This document shows positions 25,804 through 34,192 of a DNA stretch of 54,706 bases, in pieces (positions within the stretch are counted from its first letter, which is position 1; each line of letters opens with the position of its first letter). Below the pieces are notes generated by a model. That model was not told where the DNA came from, did no database searches, and saw only the letters and a program-made list of their open reading frames with translations. A program made the position numbers and the translations under genes. The DNA is from a virus (taxonomy: Duplodnaviria; Caudoviricetes): IMG/VR virus record IMGVR_UViG_3300037419_001325, positions 1 through 54,706 of that record; one strand, written 5' to 3'.

Positions 25804-26813
25804 CTCCGGGTAGCGGTTACGGGGGCTGTACGGGCCATGGCCGGGCCAGAAAGGTCCGGCGGAGGGGTGGCGCTGTATCGGCGCGGCTTCGACGCGAGAG
25901 CGGCACGTACCTTGGCGGCGCCGCGGCGCGCGGTCTCCGCTGCGTGCGGGTCGTGGAGGCACTTCACCGCGGGAGCGCTGAATCCGTCGTCGTCGCACAT
26001 GCCGCACGCGGCGATCTCGTCGGCTTCGGCGCGGTGCTTCGCGGCCAGCTGTTCACGTTCGGCGGCGGCGCGGGCGTGGGCGGCGCGTTCCTCCCATGCT
26101 TTGCGTTCCAACCGGTTCGCCTTGCATCGACCGCACGCGACATCACCGGGATTGCCGGGATGGTCCGGGCACCACGGAGCCGGAGCCTCGTCGGTGGTTT
26201 CGATCGGATCTGCAGCGAGGGGGGTGGGGTTATCCACAGGCTCGGCGAGCGGCAAGTGAGGTACCCCGGAAACGCAACCCCCCTCTAGTTCAACTTGGTC
26301 TAGTTCCCCTGGGTTTAGTTTGAGGGACAAATCTGTCCCCCGGGGGGAGACAGATTTGTCGCCACCCCGGGGGACAGATTTGTCTCCCCCTTCACTCGGG
26401 GCCACGTCAGAAGGGGCGACAGATTTGTCCCCCCCTCCCACAAACGAAGCCGGCGGAAGGGACCGCAGGGTGTACAGCGAGCTCGTCTGCTCTGGATGGG
26501 TAGCGGACTTCTCGAACGAATACGACGGATTCGAGCCCGCGCTCTTCCACCGCAGACGCACCGTCACCGCACCCGCGGCCACGAGGTCCCGCATCGCACG
26601 ATCCAGTGTCTTCACGCTCCACCGGCACTCCTCGGCCAGCGTCTTCCGTTTACACCAGGACGTGCCAGAGGCGTTGTCGGCGTGCTGGCGCAGCACCACA
26701 TACAGGCGCAGGGCACGGTCAGTGATCAACTCGCACTGCGTCACCCACAGCGGAATCATCGTGAATCGCACATCGACGGAGATGCCGATCTCGTCGTCGT
26801 GGGTGTGGCTCAT
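25800..26813 (-). CDS. Replication initiator (winged-HTH Rep-like)
   Basis: FTMIP...ALRLYVVL...KRKTLAEECRWSVKTLDRAMRDL; internal iterons; C-terminal CPDH/CGRC/CGMCDDDG. Confidence 0.75.
   Translation of the reverse strand: MSHTHDDEIGISVDVRFTMIPLWVTQCELITDRALRLYVVLRQHADNASGTSWCKRKTLAEECRWSVKTLDRAMRDLVAAGAVTVRLRWKSAGSNPSYSFEKSATHPEQTSSLYTLRSLPPASFVGGGDKSVAPSDVAPSEGGDKSVPRGGDKSVSPRGTDLSLKLNPGELDQVELEGGCVSGVPHLPLAEPVDNPTPLAADPIETTDEAPAPWCPDHPGNPGDVACGRCKANRLERKAWEERAAHARAAAEREQLAAKHRAEADEIAACGMCDDDGFSAPAVKCLHDPHAAETARRGAAKVRAALASKPRRYSATPPPDLSGPAMARTAPVTATRR
26230..26429. repeat. Putative replication origin inside rep
   Basis: DnaA box TTATCCACA 26230-26238; TAGTT x3 at 15-bp spacing 26286-26320; GACAGATTTGTC at 26349, 26373, 26418 and inverted at 26326. 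Confidence 0.75.
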
Positions 26814-26864
26814 TTCCGGCTCCAATCCGGTTGGTGCCAGCTGACTGGCGATGACTTGATGATA
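26814..26864 (-). promoter_or_regulatory. Two-hairpin leader copy 8 with -10 TATCAT (weak -35)
   Basis: GCCAG-TCAG-CTGGC, CCGG-ATTGGAG-CCGG-AA-ATG. Confidence 0.75.
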
Positions 26865-26908
26865 TGGGCACAGCAGCGAGGGGACCGCGCAAACACGGCC
26901 CCCTCTCC

Positions 26909-27235
26909 TCAGATGGCGGGCTCAACTTCGAGCAACCCACCAACGTCGTCCAATAGGACCCAACGACCCCACAACCACACCGGGGTCTCCTGCGACGTCT
27001 GACCGTGACGCAGCCAGAACCCGAGCAGATGCGCGGCCTTCGGGTTCGCTTCCACCCAGCCATGACAGCCGGTCGTCCCGGAACCGTGGAGCGCCAACAG
27101 ATTCGATGGGTCCCAGCGACCTCCCTGGGACCGCTTACGCCTGTGGTGAACCGTGTAGCCGGGATGGCCGCAACGCTCACACCGGCCGCCACAGCGTTCC
27201 GCGATGATCGCGCGGGCCTGCCGCTCGGTCGTCAT
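26909..27235 (-). CDS. HNH endonuclease
   Basis: CERC, HHRRKRSQGG, NLLAL, GCHGWVE. Confidence 0.82.
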   Translation of the reverse strand: MTTERQARAIIAERCGGRCERCGHPGYTVHHRRKRSQGGRWDPSNLLALHGSGTTGCHGWVEANPKAAHLLGFWLRHGQTSQETPVWLWGRWVLLDDVGGLLEVEPAI

Positions 27236-27627
27236 CGCGCACCCGCATATCTGCGCATCAGGCGGCGCACTTCCCGATCCGACAGAGTGACCAACGGGTC
27301 GTACACCGACAGCACACGAGCCGACGCACAGCCCCACGAGGGCGCCGGGTCATGCGTCCCGGTCCGATCCGTCAACTCCCCGATGGGCTCCACCACGTAC
27401 AGGCCGCCGCGCGGATACCCGGCCGCATAGATCCGGGCGTAGTCACGGTCGGTCGTGACATACACCAGTCCCGGATCGTTGTCGTCGGTGGCGAGAGGTT
27501 CACCGCGGCGGCGCGCTTCGCACGTCGGACAGCCGTCAACCAGGTGCCGGCCATCGCTATCGGGGCGGGGTTCGATGATGTCGCCCGGTTTCAGGTCGGG
27601 CGCGCCACCATGCCAATACCGTTCCAT
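27232..27627 (-). CDS. Arr-like ADP-ribosyltransferase-fold protein
   Basis: YWHGG..DLKPGD, VYVTTDRDYA, LYVVEPIGEL resemble rifampin ADP-ribosyltransferase motifs. Confidence 0.6.
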   Translation of the reverse strand: MERYWHGGAPDLKPGDIIEPRPDSDGRHLVDGCPTCEARRRGEPLATDDNDPGLVYVTTDRDYARIYAAGYPRGGLYVVEPIGELTDRTGTHDPAPSWGCASARVLSVYDPLVTLSDREVRRLMRRYAGAR

Positions 27628-27992
27628 CAGAACTCACCCCGCCCCGCCACCTTGTACGCCTCGCGGGTCGACGCTCCGACCGACTGCCAAGCGCGGAGCT
27701 CGCTTTCGAGCGCCTTCGCCAGACGATCGGCATACCGATATGCCACCTCGGCGATATCCCGAGCCCGACGTTGGTCCTTGGTCGCCAGGACAGCCCGCGA
27801 CTTCTTCGTGTGCGCGGGACCGTCGCAGTTGTCGGACGCCTCGTGAAACGCCCACTCATACTCACGATCCGCCTCGAGGAATGCGTCGTACCGGTCGGCG
27901 CACACCTTGACCGATGCGGCGATCCGATTCGCTACGTCGTGGATCGCACGCTCGATCTGCACCGGCGAGAACGCCTCGGTGTTCTCACTCAT
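27627..27992 (-). CDS. Conserved helical phage protein
   Basis: SPVQIE...ELRAWQSVGAS. Confidence 0.7.
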   Translation of the reverse strand: MSENTEAFSPVQIERAIHDVANRIAASVKVCADRYDAFLEADREYEWAFHEASDNCDGPAHTKKSRAVLATKDQRRARDIAEVAYRYADRLAKALESELRAWQSVGASTREAYKVAGRGEF

Positions 27993-28605
27993 AGGCGATG
28001 GCCGCCATCTCGCGGTCGTACTCCGCCTGATAGTCGTCGCCGTGGTCGGTCTCGTCGTTGCCGAGGGAGACCTGCTTCTCCACGCCGTCCTGCACATCGA
28101 CCGGCGGCGTGGCCGCTGAGGCGGCAGGCATCACCAATGTGCCCCGGACCAGCGCCGACAACTGCCCCTTGTTGTAGAGCGACAGCCCGAACTGATCACC
28201 CAGGTTGATCGCGGTCCGCTTCTTCGCCAACGAGATCGAAGACTTGTACGCGAGATCGTGCGCGTCGCCGCGGGTTTGGTTCTGCGCCGTCGCTGTCGAA
28301 CCATCCTCGTAGTGCGCCAACTCGTTGCCGTCAGCATCACGGATGGTGAGCCGGACCAGCGCCCGGTAGCAGACATCCCACCGGCCAGTCGGGCGGTCGC
28401 CATTCATGCGCGGGTCCTCGAACACGAGGCTCACGTTCAGGACCTCGACGTCGAACGAGCAGAACCCGAACACCCGGATCAGGTGCGCGGTCACGTCCTG
28501 CTGCGAAACGTGGGAGTGGCCCTTGCCGTCCTCCAGGACGCGGTTCTCGTTGATCGGCCGGAGCAGCTGATCGACCTGCCGCGCGGTCAGTTTCGCCACG
28601 CTCAC
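27985..28605 (-). CDS. Rad52/Sak-like single-strand annealing protein
   Basis: LIRVFGF, YRALVRLTI, AYKSSISLAKKR..INLGDQFGLSLY. Confidence 0.8.
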   Translation of the reverse strand: MSVAKLTARQVDQLLRPINENRVLEDGKGHSHVSQQDVTAHLIRVFGFCSFDVEVLNVSLVFEDPRMNGDRPTGRWDVCYRALVRLTIRDADGNELAHYEDGSTATAQNQTRGDAHDLAYKSSISLAKKRTAINLGDQFGLSLYNKGQLSALVRGTLVMPAASAATPPVDVQDGVEKQVSLGNDETDHGDDYQAEYDREMAAIAYE

Positions 28606-29171
28606 GCCTCCAGCTCACGCAGAACCGGCGACGCAGCGATCATCGACGCAATCACCGTCCGCGCGTTCTTCGCCGGCGTCACCGTCAACGTCGGAGTAGC
28701 GAGACGGCGTTGCGTGCCCGGAACATCCTCGGACGCGGCGCGATCCAGGGCGCGTTCCTTCAACGTCGCCGGGACCGACGAATGCACCGTCACCAGGTGA
28801 GGTGCGTGCTCCCGGAGAACGTCGATCACCTCATCGTTATCGGGATCGATCTCGGTCCACACCTCGATCTTGTCGGGCCAGGTTGCGCGGCAATACTGTT
28901 CGAACACCTCCCGATCGGTGACGTAGGCGACCGGGTCCGGGTTCGACATGGTGGCGGTACCGAGGGTGAGGGTTTCGTCCTGCGGGTTGAACGCGGTCAC
29001 CTTGGAGCCGCGTTCGAGGCGGGTTTTCAGTTCGGCCCGGTGCGCGTCGTTCTGCTCCTTCACCCACTTGGTGAGGGCGGCGAGGGCAGCCGCGCGGGCG
29101 GCCAGAGTTTGGGTGTCCATTTCCTCGAGGGGGTTACTCACGGCGCGCTCCTGATCGGTTATGGTGGACAT
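28602..29171 (-). CDS. Hypothetical recombination-region protein
   Basis: GAAAGGGA RBS; ends DVPG...TLTV. Confidence 0.65.
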   Translation of the reverse strand: MSTITDQERAVSNPLEEMDTQTLAARAAALAALTKWVKEQNDAHRAELKTRLERGSKVTAFNPQDETLTLGTATMSNPDPVAYVTDREVFEQYCRATWPDKIEVWTEIDPDNDEVIDVLREHAPHLVTVHSSVPATLKERALDRAASEDVPGTQRRLATPTLTVTPAKNARTVIASMIAASPVLRELEA

Positions 29172-29248
29172 GGCGATTGATTCCCTTTCGTTTGTTGGTT
29201 GGGGCCCGCACCTGGTTGAGTCAGGTGCGGGTTTCGTCTTTTTGGGGG

Positions 29249-29560
29249 TCATTGCAGTTCGGGGTCTGGCGGCCAGACGATCTCCGAGGACCGCTGGATT
29301 ACCGCTGTCGCGCCGTAGCTTTCGAGGAGTCGTTGCAAGCGACGCGCCGACGCGCGTGACCTCCACTCGCGCTCGGTGCTCGGCCAGAAGAACGACGACC
29401 CGGTGTCACGGCCGTACAGCGCAACCCACCTCGGGTGCGGGTCCCAGCCTTCCGGCTCCCAATCCGGGTTGATCTCCATCAGGTCAGGGCAATACGAGGT
29501 CGGCCTCAATGCGCCCTCGGGGTACTTCGCGATACGGACGCGATAGAGGTAGTGCTTCAC
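29249..29560 (-). CDS. Hypothetical protein
   Basis: GTGA-coupled ORF. Confidence 0.65.
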   Translation of the reverse strand: MKHYLYRVRIAKYPEGALRPTSYCPDLMEINPDWEPEGWDPHPRWVALYGRDTGSSFFWPSTEREWRSRASARRLQRLLESYGATAVIQRSSEIVWPPDPELQ

Positions 29561-30432
29561 GCGCCCAGCTCTTTCATGTCGTCGTCGGTGATCAGCACCA
29601 GGCCGGTGGAGTGCTGGTTGACCGGAAGCCCCTCGGCCGCCAACGCATCCCGCAGGGCGATCTCCATTTGCGGGCGGACACGGGGCACGAACCGACGACG
29701 GCCGCCGTAGGTCCCCTGGTCGTGGGCGTAGAAGTAGGCTCGCCCCTTCGCGGTCGGCTTGCGATGGTCGTAGCCGTCAGCGGTGCTGCCGTCCGGCCGC
29801 ACGCGGGTGTTGTGCTGGTTGATCAGGTATCCGTGGTCGTAGAGGTGCTTCTCGAAATCGGTCTTGCGGACCGATGAGAAGTACTTCTTCCCGAACGTGG
29901 TGGGGTCGATACCGTCGCCGCCCTCGATCGCGGCCCGGTGCTTCTGCTCGGCGGCGAGCCGCTTCTCAGCCTTGTCGGCCCGGATGCGTTCGCCGCGAGC
30001 GATCTCGACCGCCTTGGCGACTCGCGCCGACTCGGCCTCGATGACAGCCAGCGGGTCGGACATGTCGATCGCTTCGGCCGCCTCGGCCTCGCGGGTGCGG
30101 ATCGCGAAATACGCCTGTGCCGCAGCGACTTGCGGCTTACGCGGGTCGCCGTTCATCGCGACGAGGTAGGCGGCGAATCGGGACAGGTGAACGTCTTCGC
30201 GCGGCTTCGTGCCCCCGTGGAGATTTTCCCGGAGCCGGGAAAATCCCTGATCGCGCCCTTGGTTGCGTGCGGTGACTTCCGCGCGGTCGATCGCGTCCGC
30301 GAACCGCTCCCACTTGTCGTACCCAAGGCGTGGTTGAAGATCGCGGGCGGACCAGTATTCGGAGCCGTCCGGACGGGTGCGTCGGATCGCGTCAAACGGC
30401 GATGCGGAGTGAGGGATCAGAGTATTGCTCAC
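29557..30432 (-). CDS. Phage antirepressor (BRO-like N-terminus, ANT/KilAC-like C-terminus)
   Basis: EYWSARDLQPRLGY.KWERF, MNGDPRKPQVAAAQAYFA, KPTAKG. Confidence 0.8.
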   Translation of the reverse strand: MSNTLIPHSASPFDAIRRTRPDGSEYWSARDLQPRLGYDKWERFADAIDRAEVTARNQGRDQGFSRLRENLHGGTKPREDVHLSRFAAYLVAMNGDPRKPQVAAAQAYFAIRTREAEAAEAIDMSDPLAVIEAESARVAKAVEIARGERIRADKAEKRLAAEQKHRAAIEGGDGIDPTTFGKKYFSSVRKTDFEKHLYDHGYLINQHNTRVRPDGSTADGYDHRKPTAKGRAYFYAHDQGTYGGRRRFVPRVRPQMEIALRDALAAEGLPVNQHSTGLVLITDDDMKELGA

Positions 30433-30584
30433 GCTGCCTCACCCCGCTGTCGCCGGATGACCGGGAGCAGTGCCCCCCGGATGATGGCCTTCTGACGGTC
30501 GGAGAGTGGTGGGGCTGCAGCCACCAACTCCTCGATCCGCTTCGCCATGTTGGCTTCGCTCTTCGCGGACCGGCGTGCGCTCAT
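30429..30584 (-). CDS. 51-aa protein after cro
   Basis: IEELVAAAPPLSDRQKAII; 4-bp overlaps at both ends. Confidence 0.6.
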   Translation of the reverse strand: MSARRSAKSEANMAKRIEELVAAAPPLSDRQKAIIRGALLPVIRRQRGEAA

Positions 30585-30820
30585 ACCGCATCACCTGCCG
30601 CTGCCTCGTCATCGGGGAGTAGATCGGCGGCTCGGACGCCGAGTACTCGCGCGATGGCGATTAGCTGGGCTGCTTTGATATCGCGCCTGCCGTTTTCGAG
30701 TCGGAAGATCGTCGCGGAGCTGAGGCCGGCGCGCGAAGCCAGCTCCTCTTGCGTGATCCTGAGCCTTGCCCTTGCTGCGCGTAGCTCGTCAGCGAGCTTC
30801 GCCCTGCCCTTGCCTTCCAT
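30581..30820 (-). CDS. Cro-like XRE HTH regulator
   Basis: ITQEELASRAGLSSATIFRLENG; divergent from repressor, heads lytic operon. Confidence 0.8.
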   Translation of the reverse strand: MEGKGRAKLADELRAARARLRITQEELASRAGLSSATIFRLENGRRDIKAAQLIAIARVLGVRAADLLPDDEAAAGDAV

Positions 30821-30827
30821 GCGGAAA

Positions 30828-30935
30828 ATTCAACCAGCCAATTGGATGGCCGTCAAGTCTGAACGGCTGGCTGTTTGCTGGCACGGCATGGGAATACGCT
30901 CGTTTGCCAAACCTCCGTACAGGCGACACAATTGG
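30828..30935. promoter_or_regulatory. Divergent immunity promoters and operators
   Basis: Minus: TTGACG-N17-TTGAAT, 7 nt from cro ATG; plus: TTGCCA-N17-CACAAT, 7 nt from repressor ATG; palindrome CCAGCCAATTGGATGG 30834-30849 and CAATTGG 30929-30935. Confidence 0.65.
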
Positions 30936-30939
30936 CCGC

Positions 30940-31200
30940 ATGGACGGTACAGACATCCAGGCCGACGAAACGTTGGTCGACAAGGCTCACCGCGCGATAT
31001 CGGATCATTTACGTGCGGAGCGAGCGCGGGCGAGCTTGACGCAAGCTCAGCTCGCGGAGAAGAGTGGACTGGCTGAGATCACTATCTACCGGCTCGAGAA
31101 GAACCAGCGAAAGATGACGCTTACCCAGCTTTTCGCGATAGCTGAGGCACTCGGGGTCAAGCCGGGCGACTTTCTGGATTCAGCACAGTCCCATATGTGA
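30940..31200 (+). CDS. Immunity repressor (HTH only, leaderless)
   Basis: LTQAQLAEKSGLAEITIYRLEKN; 86 aa, no S24 peptidase domain. Confidence 0.78.
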   Translation: MDGTDIQADETLVDKAHRAISDHLRAERARASLTQAQLAEKSGLAEITIYRLEKNQRKMTLTQLFAIAEALGVKPGDFLDSAQSHM

Positions 31201-31377
31201 CAGCAGGCGACTCGGTTCGAGACCGAGGCGCATTGCCACGGCAACAACATCGGCTGCCGCCATGTACCGCGCACAGGCGCGCGTGGACTCGGGATCGCCG
31301 GGCGCGGGCGTGAGCGCAGGCAGTGGTTGCAGCCGTTGTGTCAGTCCAGTGTTACTGCGAAGCGTTTCGTTCGACAT
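31180..31377 (-). CDS. Small protein downstream of a LexA box
   Basis: GGAGG RBS before MSNETL; convergent on repressor. Confidence 0.55.
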   Translation of the reverse strand: MSNETLRSNTGLTQRLQPLPALTPAPGDPESTRACARYMAAADVVAVAMRLGLEPSRLLSHMGLC

Positions 31378-31408
31378 GAGCCCTCCGCCTCGTGCAATCG
31401 TCCCGCAA

Positions 31409-31424
31409 TCGAACATACATTCGA
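31409..31424. promoter_or_regulatory. Actinobacterial LexA (SOS) box
   Basis: TCGAAC-ATAC-ATTCGA versus consensus TCGAAC-N4-GTTCGA, one mismatch. Confidence 0.7.
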
Positions 31425-31773
31425 ACGATGTCGATTGGAAGGACCCTCGCAAAGATGTGGCAGCCGCTGGTCTAGACCACCGAGCAGTCGGATCGACTTG
31501 CCCAGGCTCATGGTGTGAAACGCCATCGGTGCTGGATGGCATCTTGTGCCCCCTCGCGCTGGGGCAAGATCGCCGATCTTGCTGTTTACCAAAAGTTTTC
31601 AAATCGATAATACGAGCGCGTGACAGGTATTTGCCGGAGAATCGTCCCATCTTCCGGATTCGTTACCGAAGGCAACAGCCAGCAACGGCCAACCCTCGAC
31701 AGCGACCTGTAACGACTCCCCCTGTCGCCCCGATCCATTCGGCAACCCAACCCAACACCGAACGGAGCACACT

Positions 31774-32334
31774 GTGAAATACGCAGGGGGAGTGGCTGTT
31801 GCCCTCATCGCCGCAGCAGCCGTCGCCGGATGCTCATCCGACGACAACACCACCGCCCACGCCGACACCAGCATCGGCACCCCAGCCAAGGCGCCGGCCA
31901 CCGCCGCGCCCATCCCGGTCACCATCGGTCAGCCGTTCCTGATCAGCAGTTCCAAGGGCACAACCGGACTGGTCACCGTCGACAAGATCGAGCTCAACCC
32001 GACCTGCACCACCAAGTTCGGTCCGGTCACCCCGCCAAAAGGCACCAACGTAGCCGTCGAACTGGACGTGCAAACCAACGCGATCCCACCCAGCACCTAC
32101 ATCACCGAAAACTGGTTCCAGGAACTCACCCCCGACGGCTACACCAAACGCCTGCCGATGGCCGACAACCTTTGCATCGCCGACCGCGAAGACATGGGCA
32201 CCCCCTACCAGCCGAACTCGAAGTATCACGGCTGGGTACTGCTCGATGTCTCCAATACCGCGTCCTCCCTGCTGATGTCGGACATCTACGACGGCCGCCC
32301 GGTCCCCGAGGTGCATCGCATCCCGATCAGCTGA
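31774..32334 (+). CDS. Lipoprotein in lysogeny module (superinfection-exclusion candidate)
   Basis: Lipobox VAGC; beta-rich C-terminal domain; sits between repressor and integrase. Confidence 0.7.
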   Translation: MKYAGGVAVALIAAAAVAGCSSDDNTTAHADTSIGTPAKAPATAAPIPVTIGQPFLISSSKGTTGLVTVDKIELNPTCTTKFGPVTPPKGTNVAVELDVQTNAIPPSTYITENWFQELTPDGYTKRLPMADNLCIADREDMGTPYQPNSKYHGWVLLDVSNTASSLLMSDIYDGRPVPEVHRIPIS

Positions 32335-33682
32335 GCCAGTCGATGTGGATGTCGTCCGGCTGAAACTCCGCGCCCTTGCGTGTCGGCCGGATGACGATCC
32401 GCATCAGCGCGGCCACCATCTCCCGCTGCCGATCCAACCCCGCAGCATCGAACGCGGCCTGTACATCGTCGGCGCCGATCACCCCCTCGAAGATCCTGGC
32501 CTTCTGCGAATCCGCCATCCGCGCCTCAATCTCCGCCAACTCCGTCGTCAGGCGTTTCGCCGTCTTCAACGCGAACGAAGCCATCATCTGATCGTCCTGC
32601 GTGAACTCCGCTTCCAGTGCTTCCAGCTTCCCGCGCAGCACAGCCGCTTTCGCACTCAACTCCCCAACCCCCTCCCGATCCCGGTCCACCAGCAGTTCTT
32701 TCGCGTCCGGCCGCGACAGGCGACCCACCACCAGGCCCGTAACGAACTTGTCCACCATCACCTGATTCCGGCCGATCCCATGACATTCACGGCAGATGTA
32801 CATGGTCGACTTCCATGCCGTCTGCCCAGACCCCAACGTCGTCCCGTCATCGCACTTGCCGCACAACGCCAACCCCGACAACAGGTACTTCCGGCCACCG
32901 CTGCCCGGCCGCCGCCGCTCCGGATCAGCCCGGATCGCGCACACAGCCCTCCACGTCTCCTCATCCACCAACGCCGGCCAATCGCCCTTACGCACGATCT
33001 CCCCGTTGTAGGCGAGCAGCCCAGCCAATTTCGGGTTCACCATGTACTGGGACACGGTCGGCCCCCGCCACTGATTCCCCACCGTGGTCGTCAAACCGGC
33101 GAGGTTCCATGCCTGCGCGATCGAACCGAACGACGAGCCTGCCAGGAACCGTTCGAACCCCTCCCGCGCCGCGGGCGCCTCTACCGGGTGGGGTTGCATG
33201 TCCTCGGTGTAGCCGAACAGTCGGCGGTTTCCCCACGGCTTCCCCGCCTCCGCGCGCTGCCGGTGAGATGCTTTCTGCCGCGCCGACTTCTGATCCATCT
33301 CCGCCCGCGCCACCGCGCCTTTGATACGTGCGTACAACCGACCATTGTGAGTAGCGAGGTCGATCTCACCGGTGACGGTGACGAGCATCAGCCCCTTCCG
33401 GTCCGCGAGATCGATGAACGTCTCCAACTCGGCCGGATGCCGGTGCAGCCGGTCCAGGTCCCACGCCACTACCGCGCCGATCTTCCCTTCCTGGATATCG
33501 GTGATCAGCTGTTGATACGCGGGCCGTGTGCCCTTCATCGCGGACCGGTCGTTGTCGATGTATTCGGTGGCGTCCCAACCGTGCTCGTCGCACTTCTCCC
33601 GGCATGGGCCGCGCTGGCGAGAGATGGCGAGCATGTTGCCTTCACGGTCGAGGGACTGGCGGAGGTAGATGGCTGCGTGCAT
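32327..33682 (-). CDS. int: Large serine integrase
   Basis: YLRQS catalytic motif, DLDRLHR, recombinase domain, Zn ribbon LLSGLALCGKC...YIC..C, coiled coil. Confidence 0.95.
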   Translation of the reverse strand: MHAAIYLRQSLDREGNMLAISRQRGPCREKCDEHGWDATEYIDNDRSAMKGTRPAYQQLITDIQEGKIGAVVAWDLDRLHRHPAELETFIDLADRKGLMLVTVTGEIDLATHNGRLYARIKGAVARAEMDQKSARQKASHRQRAEAGKPWGNRRLFGYTEDMQPHPVEAPAAREGFERFLAGSSFGSIAQAWNLAGLTTTVGNQWRGPTVSQYMVNPKLAGLLAYNGEIVRKGDWPALVDEETWRAVCAIRADPERRRPGSGGRKYLLSGLALCGKCDDGTTLGSGQTAWKSTMYICRECHGIGRNQVMVDKFVTGLVVGRLSRPDAKELLVDRDREGVGELSAKAAVLRGKLEALEAEFTQDDQMMASFALKTAKRLTTELAEIEARMADSQKARIFEGVIGADDVQAAFDAAGLDRQREMVAALMRIVIRPTRKGAEFQPDDIHIDWLS

Positions 33683-33690
33683 CCCCCGAG

Positions 33691-33759
33691 GCTACCCGAT
33701 ATACGTTCTCCAGTAATGAGTTACGGCATGTAGATGACCGAAGCACGTATATGGGTTGC
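33691..33759. mobile_element. Candidate attP
   Basis: AT-rich imperfect IR GCTACCCGATATACGT / ACGTATATGGGTTGC immediately upstream of int. Confidence 0.55.
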
Positions 33760-33819
33760 GCTGGGGACATGCGAAAGGCCGCGACCCGCACCCAGCGGAC
33801 CGCGGCCCTCGCCCAGCTG

Positions 33820-33924
33820 TCAGCCGACCAGAGCGGTCAGAACAGCGATGAGAACGACGCCCACGACATGGGCGACGGTCCCCCACGGCACCGCGGAAGC
33901 GGCAGCCGAAAGACTCGCGATCAT
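33820..33924 (-). CDS. 34-aa hydrophobic micro-protein
   Basis: AAGGAG RBS; MIASLSAAASAVPWGTVAHVVGVVLIAVLTALVG. Confidence 0.6.
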   Translation of the reverse strand: MIASLSAAASAVPWGTVAHVVGVVLIAVLTALVG

Positions 33925-34115
33925 AATTGCTCTCCTTCTATTTCTCGTGTTTCCGAGGACTTGGCGTGATGCGCCGCGAAACTCGATTCAGCGTTCGCGT
34001 ACAGGCTGAGCAGAATCACCCAGATAATCGAGTCCTTCCACCACAGGACCGAAGGAACCGCCAACAGAATCCACACCCACCCGAGAATGCGGTGACGATT
34101 GTCGGCGATCCACAT
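33921..34115 (-). CDS. Small two-TM membrane protein (holin candidate)
   Basis: ILGWVWILLAVPSVLWWKDSIIWVILLSLYAN, charged tail; in endolysin operon. Confidence 0.6.
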   Translation of the reverse strand: MWIADNRHRILGWVWILLAVPSVLWWKDSIIWVILLSLYANAESSFAAHHAKSSETREIEGEQL

Positions 34116-34192
34116 CAGCGCGGGCTGATGCCGAAGACACGCAGCAGGCATTGCACTGCGGCGAACCAGGCGGCATCCAGGCGGTCGATCAC
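34115..34192 (-). CDS. 25-aa micro-ORF
   Basis: GTGA and TGATG overlaps; MIDRLDAAWFAAVQCLLRVFGISPR. Confidence 0.5.
   Translation of the reverse strand: MIDRLDAAWFAAVQCLLRVFGISPR

Noticed and set aside
5529-26852. Leader repeats as a CRISPR array
   Set aside because: Dispersed with gene-sized, irregular spacing; always gene-start associated; no cas genes
31425-31773. Lower-GC intergenic stretch with overlapping ORF calls
   Set aside because: No convincing RBS, motif or repeat; probably promoter region for the lipoprotein and the SOS-box gene
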